A stretch of 64,000 nt of DNA from the human T2T-CHM13v2.0 reference genome, Homo sapiens, in the NCBI RefSeq assembly GCF_009914755.1, contig NC_060930.1; one strand, written 5' to 3'. Position 1 is the stretch's first letter. Every line of letters starts with the position of its first letter. The notes beneath the pieces were generated by a model. The model was not told the origin of the DNA. It did not search any database and saw only the letters and a list, made by a program, of their open reading frames with translations. Positions 23,926 to 40,713 of this stretch are shown here, piece after piece. Position numbers and translations under genes: made by a program.

Positions 23926-25609
23926 TGTGGAAGGGTTATATATTTCATTTCTAATGAACAACACTGATACAGATATTGGGGCTGAGGAGGCACAGGAATT
24001 GGTTCTAAGAACCCAGTTTAAGATCTTAGACTCCCAGCATGGCTCCCTGCAGTGGTGTGGTAAATAACTTATTTTTCTGCCTTCCCCATGTTCCCCCCTT
24101 ACACTGTGTAACACAGAACTTATCCTACTCTGTTATAATGATCACTGAGAGTAGACTGTCGGTGAATGCGTGATCTCACTGGTAGATCTGTTACAGGCCT
24201 GCAAAACAAAAATTTGTTAGGCTTATCTGTGACTCAGTCTTCTCAAGCTCTGGTACCTTGTCACCCTGGGAGGCTGATGGAAAACCTATGCTCTGTTTTC
24301 GAAAGCACAAGCACAAGCATCCTAGAGTTACAGCTGGTTTTGCTGCTTGTGGCTAAATGGTTTGGGGCCGATACTTTCTAGTGACAGATGGCTTTGGACA
24401 TTGATAATGAAAATTATATAATTTGTTGCTTAACTAAAAAACATCAAGGCCATCAAAAGGAAATCTGTTTAAAAAAAAACTTTCTAATATATTTAGTACC
24501 ATAGGATACTCTGAAAAGAAATGATTATTTTTAACCATCATTGTTTATTTTGCAAGCAAGACCTAGATAAATTTTCATCAATGCAGCTCTGACCAAGATT
24601 GAATATAAGGCAAGTATCATAATTTATGGTCTTAGTCATCTAAAGAACATAGCTCTTCTTACATGGAAAGAAAACAGACAACATTTTGAGGCTTAGAATG
24701 AATGAGTTGAACTTTGTTTGGTATTGGCCAGGAGCATTTGGAAATTTATTAAAAGCATTTCATTAACAACTTGGCATTTTGTTTCCTCAAAAGAAATACA
24801 TTTTCCAAATTTAAATCAAAGCCAGAACCACCATTTTTTGAACTGAAGGTAGTGGCAGCTGATGGTTTGTGCCTGTTAAGCTGAGGGTGCCTTCGGAATA
24901 AGATCATGGGCAACAACAGGCTGCAAAAATAAACATCAAATTTTTATGGAAGGAGTGAAGCAGTGTTCTTTGTTGTTCTAACTTGATGACATTAAAATAT
25001 GTGGCTATAAGCTCTCTTAGTTACTTTATTTTTCTTGAGTCAATATTGGCCAGGAGAAGCTGATCTGAATGAGGGTCAGAGGTTAAGAAAATTATTTTAT
25101 GAGGAATTTACCAAGTTTACCCCCGAAGAGGGAGAGTTAGAGAAAAATGCATTGGCAAACTTTGCTTTTTGACATAAATAACTAGAATTCACCAAGGGAA
25201 CGGCCTGTGTCAGGGTTTCAGTGAGGGTTGTCAGGCAGTTTGATATTTGCAGAACCCCTCTCTGTCAGGCCTCTCCAAAGTTTAACTGCTAGGAGATCTG
25301 GGAAGCTCTCAAGACTGGCGACTGAAGATACTGATTTGCTTTGTGTCTGAGACACAGGCATAAAACGATGGCTACTGCCACAGATGCTTTCTGACAGAGC
25401 AGAATAATAGCACTCAGACTTAAACTGTACATTACAAACAATCCCTTTTTAAGTACAAAATGAATGCACAGAATGGAAGACCCTGTCAGCTAGAATACAA
25501 GTAAATCAAGTAGAAGAAGACAAATTATTCACTCATACCACTACAGCCAAATTTTTATTCTGCTAACTGCACTGTCATGAGAGAGCTTTTCTTCTTTGTC
25601 AGATGTTAA

Positions 25610-25731
25610 TATTTATGCCTAGTGTTCCATTATCGGAACGCTAAGCATGTGGGAGTTATTTATATCCTACTGCTCGAGGTCATCGCCAAGGTCTGATTGC
25701 AAAAATTCAAAAAATTGCAACCATAAATGGG
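25610..25731 (+). mobile_element. MER85 (PGBD3/piggyBac-derived MITE)
   Basis: TTAA TSDs at 25606-25609 and 25732-25735; body atttatgcctagtgttccattatcggaacgctaagcatgtgggag...aaattgcaaccataaatggg matches the recalled MER85 consensus. Confidence 0.92.
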
Positions 25732-27057
25732 TTAAGAAAATCGATACATCATAGTTATTACAAATATATGAGGCACTGGATGCATTTCCTCTGAGAGCCA
25801 ATCAAATTACAGGATATGTTTCCTAACTCCCCACACCTATTCCAGTTTAAAAGTTGTAGCTTGAGTACCAGGAGTAAGAACACGTGAACCCTTCACTCCC
25901 AGGGCTAGCTTTTCCTGCTGTCAATTTCATAATTATATTGCTCCGCCCCTTGGCTTAGCACTTCCTTTCCCCTCACTACCTTCTCACCCCAACCCCCAGC
26001 AATGAATCATCAGGCCTTTAAAGAGACTTAGACGACCCAGTGTGAACTTCGCTGGCATCCTGTACATTCTTATGCCAAAAAAGGGGAGTTGCTCTAAGAC
26101 AGAAACTAGCCAGACCCTGATGCAGATCTTGGAGGCAACAAGCTTGGGTGCTTATCTGGGAAGATCAGCGAGGAGTTAATTTTCCTAGATCACAATGGTG
26201 ATTCAGAATTGCATATCTTAGTTCATGATTGGGTTTTTAAGAACCCAGTTCGACCCTTTGTGCAGAAAGGAATATATCAAAGGGAAAAATGTTGGCAGAT
26301 CTCATTATGCAATCAGGGCAAAGGAATTTATACCACATTCAACTCTTTGATTTCTCCAGATCTGGCTGAGGGTGGGGTTTCCATATTTGTGCTTTGGCAA
26401 ATGTGTCCAATAATTAACTCCTCCTGATATATGCCCCTAGTGTTCTTCCAGGTTATCATGTGCTTATTTGTGCATTTATTAAAACCAGAAACATTTTTGC
26501 CCCTTCATTGTTTAAATACTGTGTCTGAGTAATACACGTTAAATAGACAACAAGAGCCTTGCCTTTTAAAGACTTTACTCCCCACCTAAAGAGGTGAAGG
26601 AGATATCATTTAAATAACATTATGCGTGTGCATATACCTTCTATATGGAAAGCCCTTTCTTCTCCTCCCTCCTTTTTTTTTTTTTTTTTTTGCATGGAGA
26701 TTTTATCCTCATGCTTTTGAGATCCGGCTCAAGCATCAACACTTCTGTGAAGTCTTTCTTGATTATCACAGGAGTCTGCGGCTCTGCCCAATGTGTGAGT
26801 CAGAGAAGTGCTATTTTCTTATTCTTTTTATTTATACAATATTTTTTTAAACCTCTAACCGAAAAAAACAGGGCCATAAGCACAGATGGAGAGAGTATCC
26901 TAAGTGGGAGCTCTCTTACTTGAATACTTCCTGCTACTCCCAAACCCATTTGACCTCCCTTACAGTTTCAGCGTGCAACTGCGCTTCCTTTGTTTATGCT
27001 CCAATTATGTGACTCCCCTCCACTGATCAGTTTTTCATGTAACTTTCCACTGCCCTC

Positions 27058-27515
27058 TGTTATGAGTTGAATTGTGACCCCAAAAGATACATCGAAGTCC
27101 TAACCCCAGTAACTATGAGTGTAGCCTTATTTGGGAGTAGCATTTTTGCAGATGTAATTAGTTAGGATGAGGTTTTACTGTTTTAGGGTGGACCCTAAAT
27201 CCAATGCAACTGTTGTCCTCATAAGAAGAGAAGACACAGAAACAGAGGAGACACAGGGTAGATGACCATGTGAAGACAAGGCAGAGACTGGAGATATGCT
27301 GCCACAAGCCAGGGAATGCCAGGGATTGCTAGCAACCACCAGAAGCTAGAAGAGGCAAGGAAGCCTCCTCTCCTAGAGCATTTAGAGAAAGGATGGCCCT
27401 GTTGACACCTTGATTTCAGACTTCTAACTTCCAGAACTGGGAGGGAATAGATACCTGTTGTTTTAAGCCACCCAGTTTGTGGTACTTTGTTATAGCCATC
27501 CTAGGAGACGAATGC
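27058..27515 (+). mobile_element. MLT1 (B/C-like) MaLR solo LTR
   Basis: TG...CA ends; motifs tttgcagatgtaatta, caccagaagctaga and ttttaagccacccagtttgtggtactttgttatagc. Confidence 0.85.
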
Positions 27516-28169
27516 ACCCTCCTTATGAGATCCATGATTCCAGGTCTGTTGGATTCTCCTTTCTTCTCTTTATTTACATATATGGCCCTACCTCTTCCTG
27601 CTGCAGATACTCCTAGGTAATCTGTTCTGGATGTACTTTTGGTCTTGCACCTATGACAATACCAATAAACAAAGAAAAGGTCTAATGGAATAGAAAACTT
27701 ACAGAGTTCTAGAACCGCCTCCTCGTCATCCCAGAAAAACATCTGGCTTCTGGCTCCAGGCCTCAGAGAGCACAAGTACATTACACTCCTGCACGGGGCG
27801 TCAGCTGGTGTCGGCGTCCTCCTCGGCCCTCCTCAGCTCCCTCTGCTGGGCGCCCGATGCACCAGCAGCTTCCCTCTTCAGAAGTAGTCTTCCAGCATGT
27901 GGGTGGGGTTGGGGTGAAGAAGAGACCGCAAAAACTAAATTAATTTGATATTGAGGAAATACAATGCTAATTGTTTGGCTTTCTTTTACTGTCTATTTGA
28001 GTGTTATCAAAGTGCTTATGAAGACCTTGGTCTTTCTGATTCTCCTTTTTCAAAAAACCAAAAAAAACCGAGAAGCTCATTTGTTTCAGGAAGTTTCCCT
28101 GAGCGAGTGGAAGGGGAGGCCTCACACTGAAGCCAGAATACAAAGGAAGTCCTCTTGAGATGGATAAAG

Positions 28170-29010
28170 CAGTTCTTACATGCAAATCTCAGAAAATGGC
28201 AACTCCATCTTTCCACCTGTTCAAGCCCAGAACCGCTGGCAGTGTCTTGACTCTCTCGTCAGACCCCACATCCAATTTGCCAAAAATCCAGTTAAATCTA
28301 CCTTCAAAACATATCCAGAATCTGACCATTTTTCAGCCCTGGGACTGCTACCACTGGAGTTAAACCACCACCGTCCTTCGTCAGGGTTACTGCGACAGCC
28401 TCCTAAATTGGCCCTTACTTCTCCAGTTACCGGCCCACACCAGTCTACTGCCTGCATTAGGTTGATGCCACAGCTCTGCTCAGAGACCAAGGGCTCCCCC
28501 AAGGTCAAGTAAAAGCCCTTCATGGCCTACAAGGCTGGCCTCGATCAGGTCCTCAACTTTTCTGATCTCATCTATCCCTGTCCTTGCTCCCACACTGCCA
28601 GCCTCACTGTCCTCTTTGCTGGTCCTCAAATAAGCCAGCTGCTCTCTTGCCTCAGGGCCTTTGTATTAGCTGTTCCCTCGGCTTGGAATGCTTTTCCCTC
28701 TTGTGTTCGCATGGCCCACTCCTTCATCTTCTTCAGGTTATTTTTTCTAAGAATCAACCTCCTAGTGAGGCCTGCTGTGAACACCCTACTAAAAATTCTA
28801 CTCCCTCACTTTCCCGATCCACCTTGCCCTGCTCATTTATCCCATAAATGTGTTGCTTTATAACATTCTATGTCATCTACTTTGTTTGTTTGTTTATTGT
28901 CAGGAGGGCAGAGATTTTTTTTTTTTTTTGTCTGGCTCATTCATCTAGAATAGTTCTTGGCACATGATAGACACCCACTAAATAGGCATTGACTATTAAA
29001 TGAATTAATC
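28170..29010 (+). mobile_element. L2 3' fragment
   Basis: Motifs ctcagggcctttgtattagctgttccctc, tagaatagttcttggcacat and the terminal aaatgaat. Confidence 0.75.
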
Positions 29011-31782
29011 AGTAATGTTTTCCAGAACCTACTATGTGCAAAGTTCTGTCAGCCCCCAACACAATGATTATCTCATTAGGAGCTAATCCAAAACTAATCC
29101 ATCTGGTCCACACTATGGTATAATATATGTTCTCTTTACTTGACCTTTGCCTTAGTGTCTGACATGACTATTAAAGCTGAGTTGGAATGAACTGAGTCTC
29201 ACACTCAGGCTTTGCAGATGTCATTTCATTTCATCCCCATGATGATACTGTGAGATAGAGATCATGATTCTCACTTATTAGGTGATTAAACTGAGGCTTG
29301 GAGTTTAAAGGACCTGCCCAAAGTTCAGGGTCACCCAGCACTGGTTTCAAAGTGAAGTTATCCACCTATGCAGCTTGAGAATTGTTAACAAGTCATTACC
29401 TGAATGAAATAGGACAGTTACAGTCATAACACTGCATTGCAATGTTTTGGCTAAGGGACCATTTTTAATCCAATCTCTAGTTTTTGGATTATACATGAAT
29501 TGTGAATAACACCTGTATCCCAGAAATTAAAGCTAGTGATGCTCATTGAGAACTGAGTATTTCTCCATAAGCGAATTGGCTTCAGATCAACCTAAGTGGT
29601 TTCCCAACTAACAGAACTCTATTCCAGCTTATAATTTTTACTCATGCTGCTACATGGGCTGGAAATGATTCTCACTTGAGGTTCATGCTTGAATCCCTAG
29701 AACCCTTTCCTATTAAAGTCCTGTCTAAAGTATCCCATTACAGTAAGGACGAAGGAGATCGTAAAGGGCCAACATGAATTCTCAAGGCTAATTTAATGAC
29801 TTAATTTCCTTCAGTTACTCTGGGCTGAACTTCTCCTGTTCTACCCGCAAGCTTCCCAGAGTCCTCTGTGACCAGAATCGAAGCATAGTGTCTGAAAGTA
29901 GCCTGGCCACACAAGATGTGCAAAACACTGTAACCTCTTCACAGCCTCACTCCACTTTGTATTTGAGGGAAATGATTCTAGAAGCTGAAATAGACCAGAG
30001 TTCAACAGTCTGGGAAATTTGAAGAAGAAAAAAGGAAGAGAAAAAAAAAAAAAAAAAAAACCAAGCCCTGCATTTGCAGAGATGTGAAGAGAACCCAGCT
30101 CTCTGAAGTTGGAAGGAAGTGAGAAGACCCTATTTGTGGCTGCAGGAGAGGAAAAGAAAAGAGACCCGCAAGGAAACTACCAACAGATGGTAAATACATT
30201 TTTAATTCTTCTGTCATACTGTGTGGACTTGTGCACATTTGTCCTGCTGTGTTAGGCTCCCGAAATAGCTAGCCATGGAATTGCAGAACAGTTCTGCTGC
30301 AATTTGAGATTTAGGAAACCATGCTAGCTGACAAAACAGGAAGGGCTCATAGTAGGATGGAGTGGATTTGCTCCCAGTTTGCAGCTCCTCAATGTGGCAT
30401 CTGCTGTCATTCTTAGTGCAGGAAAATTCTCTCACATGTCAGGTCTCATTGGTGATGTTTTGCAACATACTATCTCAAATTGCCCCCCGAGCCCTAGTTA
30501 TAATTATTAAATGTTGACACTATGCATATAACTCCCAAAGATTAAAGAGAGTGAGGTCCATTGATTTATGAATCCTGAGTCCTCCAGGGAACATCACAAA
30601 CACACATGGCAGCCCAGATCTCTTCACCTAGTCTTCCTCATACTTTTGGTATGAGGTTGCTCTACAAGAACCTAAAGAGGTAGGACACAAAAGCACATTC
30701 AGTTGACTCCACATCTGAGAAGTGACCAGTGATTGGTACCAGGAATGAGTTAGGTTCCCAACCCCAACACCATCTCTCAGTGCATCTGCAAAAAAAAACC
30801 ACAAGTGTCAATTAATCTAACTGGATGCAGGATAATGAGGAGAGGGTGGCCTATTAATTATAGTGTGAAAATATAGCTATATAATGCCATTTTATTAGAA
30901 CTGGAAAGATCCTTACAGAATCTAGTTCAATTATTTTTTTTTCATTTTATAGACAGGAATCTGGGCCAAAGAGTTGCAGGAAATTGGCAAAGATCATACA
31001 ACTAGTCTGTGGCAAATTCAGTACTGGAACCTAAGACATCTCCCTCCCAGTCCTGTGTTTGTTCTCCTCTAGTCCTCATAGAAGGTGGACACTGCTGTGA
31101 TGAGCAAAATCCAATTCTAGAAGATTTTGATCATGGCAGCCCGCACACTTGGGTTCTTATAAAGTGAGATGATGGCATTTCTGTCTGGTCTGTAGATGTT
31201 TGGGAAACTGGTTGATATTCTTTACAAGTAAGATTTCAAGCTAAAATAGATTTGTTAATTTCTGTCCTAACCCCCTGTGGATTGTTTCTAGATTATATAG
31301 CTACCACACTATTTGGCACAGCTGGGATCCTCTTTTCATGAAATAGCAGGGAAGATTGGTAGATAAGGATTAAAAAGCACTGGCAGAGGAGACAGGGAGA
31401 CTTACACAATTACTTCCTACCCAGTGCCTTCCTGGTCTAGGAACTTCTTCCAGCCTCTTTTGGAGAGAGAGGTAAGTGGGAGGAAAGGGGATTTTTATCT
31501 TTTTAGTAAAAGAAAGGATAACAAAAACACTTTAGCACTGCTCAATTTGATGAAATCTTGATTTCACATAGTTTAAGTTTCTACCAGACTAAATATATTC
31601 TTGTTCAAAATAACATATATATTCATAGATAACTTTTCCAGTGGATACATATGTAGTTCATTAATAAAAACTCTTCTCAATCAGCTATTTTAAAAAGTGT
31701 TCTTTCCTGTTTTCTAGAAAGTTAATCGGTAAGCTCCTCAATAGCTGGTTTGGCAGTAAGGTCTTAAATTTTGCAATTTTAG

Positions 31783-32711
<929 letters not shown>

Positions 32712-34009
32712 AATTCACTGTCTATCTCCATGATCTAGTAATGGAATGGGGGTGGAGGAGGGTAAGAATTATCTTAAGTGAATTATTTTCAGTAGAGCAG
32801 TAATGAAGGCACACTTTAGGTTATTTCATTCCTATGATCCAAATTTGATTATCTAGCTAAGATCACTGGGGGCATTTGAAGCTTTAATAATTACAGCTCA
32901 AGGCCTCAGGAAAAAAAAATTACGTTTACTACACATTCACACAGCTTTTCAGAGAGTTGCCAAATGAGGGCTGATTTAAAAAATAGATTGATATCAAGAT
33001 TCCATTTTGAGAGTTCAAACTCTGTTGACATAAAAACAAACGCTAGATTTAAACAATTGTTTTGTGTAGAACAGTTAAACATTGTTTATTTGAAAGAGTA
33101 AAAAACATAAGCTATTGATTTTACCTTTCCTTTTGGAAGACAGCTTTAGGATTTTTCCCCTAGAAAGTTTTGAGGCCAGGATTTTTACTACAAGTGCCGT
33201 GTTCCCTGACGTGCCAGCACAGCTTTGAAGCTGTCTCAGCTTCTAGGTCAAAGGCTCCCTCCCTGTGGCCAGATGCCAGTCTTATCCTTAGACTCCCATG
33301 AGCTTCAGAAATAAATCAACTTTTCAGTAAAATCCACTGACAGCTCTGCTTTACATAAAAGCATGCGGCCTGAGGATGTAATGCAGTTTTGCATTTTAGG
33401 TGGATAAGAAAAGAAAGAAAGCATCCCATATCACTGAGAGACCATTTCAAATGGAGTTGCCATTATGAAAGCCAAGGGGTGGCTTGGAGGTATTGCACCC
33501 ACTCTTCCTGCAGCCTGTCCAACCCCAGCACATAGTACTCACACAGCAGAAAACCACTGTAGTACAAATGGCTCTACAGTGTTCTCATCCTTGTATAGCA
33601 CTGGTTAGTAACATCCATGAATTGAAGAAGTGTTGAGCAGGTCAGCACCCTGAGGCCAAAATTTCCTCCTTGTGGTGAGAAAAGAAACAAATGAAAAAAT
33701 TCCTCTCCGTACAACAATGCAAAGTAATCTCACAATGTTGGAAAATACAAAAGAGGCAAGACATAAAAGAAGGCTTGCTATACTGTTCCATTTGTACAAA
33801 ATTTAAAAATATGAAAAACTAATCAATCATGTTACACTAATTATACTTGTTTACCTTTGATGAAGAGAGAGGATTAGGATTAGAATGGGACATGATGATG
33901 GCTTCTAGGGTGCTAGAAAGTTCTATCTTAACCTGGGTGGTGGTCACAGAGGTGTGTTCACTTTGTGACAATGCATTTAGAATAATGCTATTCTAAAACA
34001 TTAGAATAG

Positions 34010-34297
<288 letters not shown>

Positions 34298-34726
34298 TAC
34301 AGCACTTTTGCATAACTAAACTAATAGATATTGAGAAAAACCGAAAATTAAGACAAGTTCAGGAAAAAAAAATGACACCAAACCCCATGGTAGGGCAGTG
34401 GAAACTCTCATGCCTGGATCCAGGGAATGCTCATTGCAATTATTCTTCTTGGTTAACTGTTTGGCATTATCTACTGAAGTTGAAGACACGCATATTCAGT
34501 GATCTGGATTTCCACCCCTGGGTAATATCCAAGAGAAATATGTACACATGAGAACCAGAAGAACAGCAACTCTATTCATAACAACCCTAAACTGAAAACA
34601 AGTCAAAATATCAACAGTAGAGAAGATAAATAAAATGTCATATATCCAAACTTGGAATACTATACAGCACTGAAAACAAATGAACCACAGTACTCTCACA
34701 ACATGGATGCAACTTAAAAATTAAAT

Positions 34727-35073
<347 letters not shown>

Positions 35074-35140
35074 TTAAAGTTCAAAGAGTAGAAAAAATAT
35101 ATAGTATTCAGCCCTATACACTTAGGTGTTGAAACAATAA

Positions 35141-35424
<284 letters not shown>

Positions 35425-36580
35425 CTGTTCTATTTCTTGACTTGAGTCATGGTTATGTGAATGTTTACTTTATAAAATGGTATTGAGTTGTACTTTTCTA
35501 TATCATGCACTTTCCCGAATGTATGTTATATTTCACAGTAAAAAGGGTGTTAAAAATCACATGAAACCCAATTATTTGGAGATAGTTATAAATTGAACAC
35601 CTTGATGTATATATACTCCCAGAACTTCTTTAATGCAATATAATCTGGCCATATTGCTTTGTAGCCTTTAATTTTTTTTTAATTAATGATATGCCCTCTC
35701 AAAAGAATTCCTCTTTAGATTTTCTCCATTTCCACTTAATTTTAACTAAAAGTAAATATCATACAAGCTTTATGCCCCTCTGGAAGCCTAAAGCCATAGA
35801 GTGGCTTTCAGGAAATTAGGTTGCTTTAGCCTAAGCTACATTGATTCATAAACCAATCTACAGGATTTTGCCATAGCTCATGGGAGACTTTTCCTTCTCT
35901 GTTAATAATGTTGCTGCTTCAAAAGAGGAAAGCCTCTTTCCATCTCTTCAGAGTGCCAGCTCTGCAACAGAACAGGCCAGGAAATGAGGGGGAAAGGCCA
36001 GCGCAGAGGAGGGGACAGGGAGCTTGAGGCAGGGAAGGAGATCATCTTAGAACTGATTGCAATGTCTGCCATGCTGAGCTCATGCCTAGCCTGTCCCAGG
36101 CAATGACAGGAAGCAGATTTTCGAAGTGATCTAGGGATTCAAAATAAAAAAAAGTAGTTTCATTGCTTTTTCTTGCCCCTGGGATGGAACCAGTGTGCTT
36201 CCCTCTGCCTAGAACCCCCTCCCCTTTCCCTTGTCCAATCTCCAACCATCCTCCCTGTTCTTCACTGTGTCATCATCGTAGCCATTCACAGTCAAAGAAC
36301 CCATCAATGAGCATCCAAACCTGAAGGGGACCACACGAGAGCCCCATGGCACCCTGTATTTACCCCGCCACAGCATTCATCAGCCTATGCCGAAGTTACT
36401 ATTTTCTTGTCTACGAATACTCCACTAATCTGTAAACTCCATGAACACAAGGTCAGTCTGTTTCACTGTAGTAATTCCAAGCACCAGGATATATTGGCCC
36501 TTGATAATATATTCCTTGGATGCATGAAAATCAGGGTGATGCGTGAAGTGAGATGGGACCTGGGGTGGGGGAAGGATTTA

Positions 36581-37191
<611 letters not shown>

Positions 37192-40100
37192 AGGGAGGGA
37201 TTTAAATTATGCTTCCCCAGTCCCTTCATCTGTAGAGCACAAATGGCTTCAGGTTGTCCAATCTGAAGAAATATGCTAACACAGGATGGCACAACATTTT
37301 AAAATCTACAACTGTTCAGTTTCAAATACCTACTGGTAATAGCACTTTGCATTTGTATAGTGTTTGATATTAAACAGTTTCATGAATTATACAATTTCAA
37401 CAACAAAGCCTCTGAGGTAAACTGGGATGATGTTAATATTACCATTTTGCAGATTAGAAAATTGTCTGAAAAAGGGTAAGTACCTAGGCCCACATCACAT
37501 GATCAGTTTTTAGTACAAGCCAGGGACTAGTGACCCCTTAGGTGCTGAAAGGGAAACAAATAGAGTGTGTACTGCATACGGATATATTTTCAGGGACAAG
37601 GGACGTTAAATAAATAATGTGACACCTTTCTGACTTTTTGATCTTCAGTAGATATTTCTTCCCTGTTGGAGTATATCCAGAGAGAAAGGTAAGAAGTCAC
37701 ATGTTCATCACATTCTTTATGCAACAGTAGTTAAAAGACATGAATCTGGACTAACTGCATCTATCAAACATAAAAAGATTTCACCATGTGCTGACAATGG
37801 GGAAAATAGTTTTGGTTTTTGTTGTCTGGCCCCCTCTCTTCTCTGAACATAAGCTCTTTTTCTTGTGGTGATCTTGGCAGAAGAAATGCAGTAGGACAGA
37901 GGGGTTGGAGGAGGAGAAAGAAAAGGAAAGTAGAAGAAGATGGTCAGACATTGACAATGCGGACAGGAGAAAGGGGTGGAGAGCAATGGGGTGGGGCCAA
38001 GGGAAGGACCCACAGCAAGCTTTGATTCTCTGGGTTGTGCCACTCAAGAAAACCAGCTGCAGCAGCATCACCTGGGATCTGGTGAGAAATTCAGAATCTC
38101 AGTCCCCAACTCAGACCTACTCAATCAGATTCTGCATTTTAACAAGATCCCCAACTACTTCCTATGCACATTACAGCTTGAGAAGCCCTTAGTTGCTCCC
38201 AACCAGTCTGAGCCAGTCCTGATCAGTGTCATCAGCCTTAGACCTATTAATAGATGAAACTGGTTTGGTTGCCTAGAGACCTGGAAATCTGGTTGCTCCG
38301 TTCAGACTCCAAGTCTCAATGTTCTCTTACCACTTTGGCCAAAGCCCTGTGACTCCCAATCTGCCTCGGTTTCTCTGCTGAGTGTTTCAGTTCTCGCAGA
38401 GGTTGGATCCTTGTACTGAATCCCAGCCACCTACGCCTGGGTCCTGATTCTCTGCCAGACTCTGGCTCCCCACCTTCCTTTGGGAAGCAGGATGTGATTT
38501 CCTACTCTGGTGGCATCTTCTGGCTTGGAGCCCACTGTGACTAGACTGACCACCTGGAACCGTGCTGGATTTTGAGTATTGTCACCTGGATTTCTTCCAG
38601 AACTGTGCTCTGCTGGCAGATAAGACTGACTCTGATATCCGCACAGCCTGGGCCTCTGAGCTAGTCACACCCTTTGACAGCCGCACACAGCCTCCCTGGC
38701 TGTCCTTTGGGGATTGGCTAGCTTCTGTCCCGCTGGGTCTTGGCTGCTTCCCCCTTCCCACTGGCCCATGTTGATGTGGTCCTAGCCTGTTCTGTACCTA
38801 AATGTCTCCTACAAAACAGGAGGAGGCCACAGTCCCTTCTCTCTATTAACATCCATGACTCCATGGGCCTGTTTCTGTGTGGGCCTTGAAATTCCAAAGA
38901 CTACTCTTGTAGCTCTTTAGGTAAAAGATATTCTAAAAGTCCTAGATGACTTGGTGTAAACAGGCTCAATGGTTTTGCATAGCTTGTCTTTTTGGCCCTT
39001 TTTCCAAGGTGGAGAAAAACTTCTTTGTTCCCTGACTTACTTTATAAACACAAGGCCAATCTATACAGAAGCTCAATAATTTCTCTGGTTATCACACAAC
39101 CACTTTACTTTGACTGCTGGTGTTGTACCTCCTGCCATGCTCGATTTATGGTGGTACATTATACGAAGTATATCACATCTGCTACTGTGTTTTAAGCCAG
39201 CATGAAATGGCATGAAGTTCAAAACAATCAGGTTGGCTGTCAGTGATGGAGGCCGATTTTTAAACGAACATTACTCTCCATTAATGAACAATAGGGCATG
39301 ATTTCTTTAAAATGGTTGCATCATTTTTATTCCTGAAAACTATTCTCATGGTGATTACAAATAAAGGGGTGAGGGGAGAAGAAGAAAGAAAACAGAAAGA
39401 AAGGAAGTGTGGCAGCACCCGCAGTAGCTAAGTAATGGTGTGGGAGTTGTTTCCATTATTTACATACATAACGCTTTTCACAAGAATCCAAATGTCTTAC
39501 AAAAGAAAATACAACACACATTGCAACAAGACTCAGCAACACAGTAAGGTATAAAGAAAACAATTACTCAAAGGAAAATTTCAATCTAGCATAAATCATT
39601 TGCCTAAAAAGAATGGATAAGTATCCATTAACTGAATTTCCCCATACAAAGGTATGCACAGGGTGGTGTTTGCCAAGTAATATGCAAAATAGAGGTAAAA
39701 GATAGTAATAAAAGTATATCTAATATCATTTGAATGAGAAATACACATTATTTAAGGAAGTCACTTCAACTTCTAAAGTTGCATGACAATCTCATTGAAT
39801 TAGCAGATATGGAGATATATATATAGAGATACACAGATATATACACACACAAACACACACACACACATACACATTTTCCAAAAGGCACTCTTGGCTGAGC
39901 AAAGTCAAAGGTTCTAGGAAGATAGGAAATATAAATTTTCGTTAGTCATTCATGGCTCAGTTTCATTGCGCTTTTCTTAAGGACCAAATTTACTCAGAAT
40001 GGACTTTAATTGATAAATCATGAAGAAACTGTATTAGAAGTTTGAGTAAAAACACCAATTTTGAGGGATATCATGAAAGTACTCCTTTAGTTGCTTTCAG

Positions 40101-40713
40101 TTTTATGTCTGCTTTTATGGCATAATTTGAACAAGCTTCCTTCCATTTATCCAACCATTCAAACTTTGGGAAAAAGGGAAGCCCAATACGGGGGAAATGC
40201 TCTCAGGAAAAATTGCAAAAATGTTGCAGAAGCTTAAAACCTGATAATTATATAGAACATCACATCACTACTAGTGCTATTACAACATTAGTGTGTGTAG
40301 TTACAGTCAAACCACTCACGATTACGATGTCATTTGTCTTCTTTGTGTCTCTTTTGTTTTCACAAGTCACGTGGTAAAATCAACAAATACTACATCATCC
40401 CTCTGAGGATTCAGCTGTGGAAAAAGCATCCACTTGCTCATCTTTAGGGTAGCTATTATTAGCTTGCTTTGATTTTCTCATACGATACATACTCATGCTT
40501 ATTAAGCTGTTTGTATGCTTCCTTTGTCATATTTTTCCATGGATATGCTATTGCTATGCAGTGCACTCTGGTGAAACCCAGAGTTACCCATTTCCACAGG
40601 CCTTTCTAAAATTAATATAATCCATCTATCTTTTAAAACATTATTTTTAAAAAGACATGCAACATCACATTTGCAATGAGAGTGAACATTTCTAAAGAAA
40701 ATATTACCATATC

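Noticed and set aside
33976-33997. 9-bp-stem hairpin TTTAGAATA-ATGC-TATTCTAAA
   Set aside because: Short and AT-rich, at an Alu/L1 junction; no supporting evidence of function.
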